DNA of 64,000 nucleotides. Source: Ruditapes philippinarum (lineage: Eukaryota). The DNA is taken from positions 186,001-250,000 of the forward strand of contig NW_026856878.1 of the NCBI RefSeq assembly GCF_026571515.1, written 5' to 3'. The position numbers and the translations under genes are program-made. Shown here piece by piece: positions 61,845 through 64,000 of this stretch. Each line of letters opens with the position of its first letter. The first letter of the stretch is position 1. A model generated the notes under the pieces. The model did no database searches. It was given only the letters and a program-made list of their open reading frames with translations, and was not told the DNA's origin.

Positions 61845-62792
61845 GGTCGTTAGTTCATGTGAGCTAAAGCTTAAATGACCTATTAGCAGAGGTCAGACGG
61901 TCCGGAATCGCCCAAAGCTCGTCGTTCGCTATACTTTAGAGGTCACTGTATTGATTGGATCTTTATCAAATTTTGTCAGTATATTGATTAACAATTCTCC
62001 GGGTGTTGCTCATCTTGGGTAAAAAAACTAGGTCACTAATTAAAATCAAAGAAAAACCTTGTAAATATTCTGTAGGTCACAGTTCATAATTTTTTGTCAG
62101 AATGTTGATTTCAATGACATCTCAGATGACTTTGGACAAGGGCTTATTTTGGGCAGGTTACCATGTCAAATCAAAGAAAACATGCATTGATTACTCTCAA
62201 TTTCGATGATCTTCATCAAAGCTAGTCAAAATATTTATGTGATATCTCAAAAGATGGGTCATTTTTTGCCAAAAATATAGGTCATCAGGTCAAATCAAAG
62301 AAACACCTTGTTAACTTTCTGGTAGTCATAGTAATGACTTGATGTTCATCGAACTTTTACAGAATGTTTTACATAGATTAATAAATATAGGTCGCAATGT
62401 GTCAAGAACTATGTCACTTAATGCCATAATATTGATTTGATTTGCACAAACTCTGTCAAAAATGGGTTTTCATATTGGTAAAGCTAGAACATGAGTCTAT
62501 TTTGAGAAATAAAGGCATGTAAAAAGAAAGCAAGTGTCACAGTTTTCTTTATTGTTCATCAAACTCTATTTTCAAATGTATGTCTCATTTATAGTTTTGG
62601 CAAGGTTAAAGTTCGGTTTCCTTGGGTTAAAACTAGGTCATAATGTCAGTTTCGTGCAAAATCATGCAATCCCTTAATAAGTCATTACTTACATTTGATT
62701 TCTCAATTTTCTTAAGAATGCATTTTATGTTTTTAAAAAACTGAAGCAAATAGACTCAGGTGAGCGGATAAGGGGCATTATGAACCTCTTGT
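61845..62792 (+). mobile_element. Old, degenerate copy of the Helentron-like family seen at 21373-22878
   Basis: 5' ttagttcatgtgagct...; decayed repeats with ctaggtca and aaaccttgt motifs; 3' ctcaggtgagcg...ctcttgt. Confidence 0.65.
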
Positions 62793-63684
62793 GATTTTTT
62801 TCTCTCTGATATTCAAAATGATTAAAAAAATGATATTTCATACAGAAAGTTTAAAAGCGCCGACTTTGCAAAAGGCTTCAAAGAGATGATATAAATACGT
62901 AGTCAAGATTAAGGAAGAATATGATCTAGTTAAAGAAAAGCGTCATGGCTCCATTATGATTTTATCTTTATTGTTAATAAACACCAAAAAGAAATTGAAC
63001 AATGTAACAGGAAGATAAATAAATGTATCATATGCTAGTCATAAGCATGCTAACAAATTGTTTTGCTAAAGGAAATAATAGGAATAAAAATTAACAATTA
63101 ATATATCAAATATATACTCAAACGTGTAAACAAAAGCCAGTCCCCGGACTCTAGACTGAAAACTGGCTACTCATGCAGGCAATCCCTTAACAAGGACTCC
63201 GAACACAATAGTAAGAATGGACAGAATGGGTGTACATGTTTTATTTGGTTATAATTATACACCAGTGGACATTAAAGGTGCATTATGCCTCAGAAACAAA
63301 TAATTTCTTACTTCTTTAGAAAGGGCAATGGTGAATTTTATAATGTTTAAATAATGGTTAAAAGAATGTTAGATGCTTGTCACCTGAAGAAAGTAGCAAA
63401 AAAATGTGAAATACCTGTAATGTGTCATAAACGTAGCAAAATGTAAACAAAGTAGTATTTTAACTTCCATACAAAATACTAATTCACTATAAATGTACTT
63501 ATTGGCACAAAGCAACAGATGAAAAAAGATGGTTCAGATAATCGGCTAATAAGTAAATTTTGGATACTATGAAAGTAACCAAAATTAAAAAGCTTTTGGA
63601 AAAATTAAAATAAAAGCATTTCTGGGGCATAATGGGCCTTTAAAATTGATAATGATTGTAAGACATATATTTCAACCGAAAGTT

Positions 63685-64000
63685 TGGATCTCAAATATAT
63701 ACAATTGGATCTCAAATATATACAATTGAATCTCAAATATATACAATTGGATCTCAAATATATACAATTGGATCTCAAATATATACAATTGGATCAAAAA
63801 TATATAAAATTGGATCTCAAATATATACCATTGGATCTCATATATATATTGGATCTCAAAATATATACAATTGGATATCAAATATATACAATTGGATCTC
63901 AAATAGGATCTCAAATATATACAATTGGATCTCAAATATATACAATTGGATCTCAAATAGGATCAAAAATATATAAAATTGGATCTCAAATATATACCAT
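63685..64000. repeat. 21-bp minisatellite (ggatctcaaatatatacaatt)n running off the window
   Basis: Direct tandem copies. Confidence 0.95.

Noticed and set aside
63672-63956. 94-aa ORF with FEIQLYI repeats
   Set aside because: Translation of the 21-bp minisatellite.

Overview
AT-rich, intron-containing animal genomic DNA. The repeat families suggest a mollusc, probably a bivalve (inference). The window holds three protein-coding genes. (1) The 3' two-thirds of an SLC26 (prestin/pendrin-type) anion transporter on + (2166-~14741). (2) A complete 17-exon tandem paralogue on + (23794-33810, 781 aa). It needs a GC-AG intron, has substitutions at anion-site residues, and ends at a TAG sitting exactly where paralogue 1 has CAG before a splice donor. 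(3) Convergent with it on -, a 4-exon gene (58266-37574) for a predicted secreted protein of about 5,460 aa. It is built almost entirely from roughly 180 galaxin-type di-cysteine repeats, and 15.9 kb of it is a single exon. I could reconstruct a TATA box, initiator and signal-peptide exon that are absent from the ORF track, a hierarchical repeat (29 aa, 58 aa, and 4 x 436 aa), and paired Cys losses that point to the disulfide connectivity. The rest is minisatellites, Helentron-like non-autonomous elements with internal tandem arrays, MITEs and tRNA-derived SINEs, plus a sharp change in CpG content near 19.5 kb. All gene models were built by hand from splice signals and phase continuity, and no database search was run.
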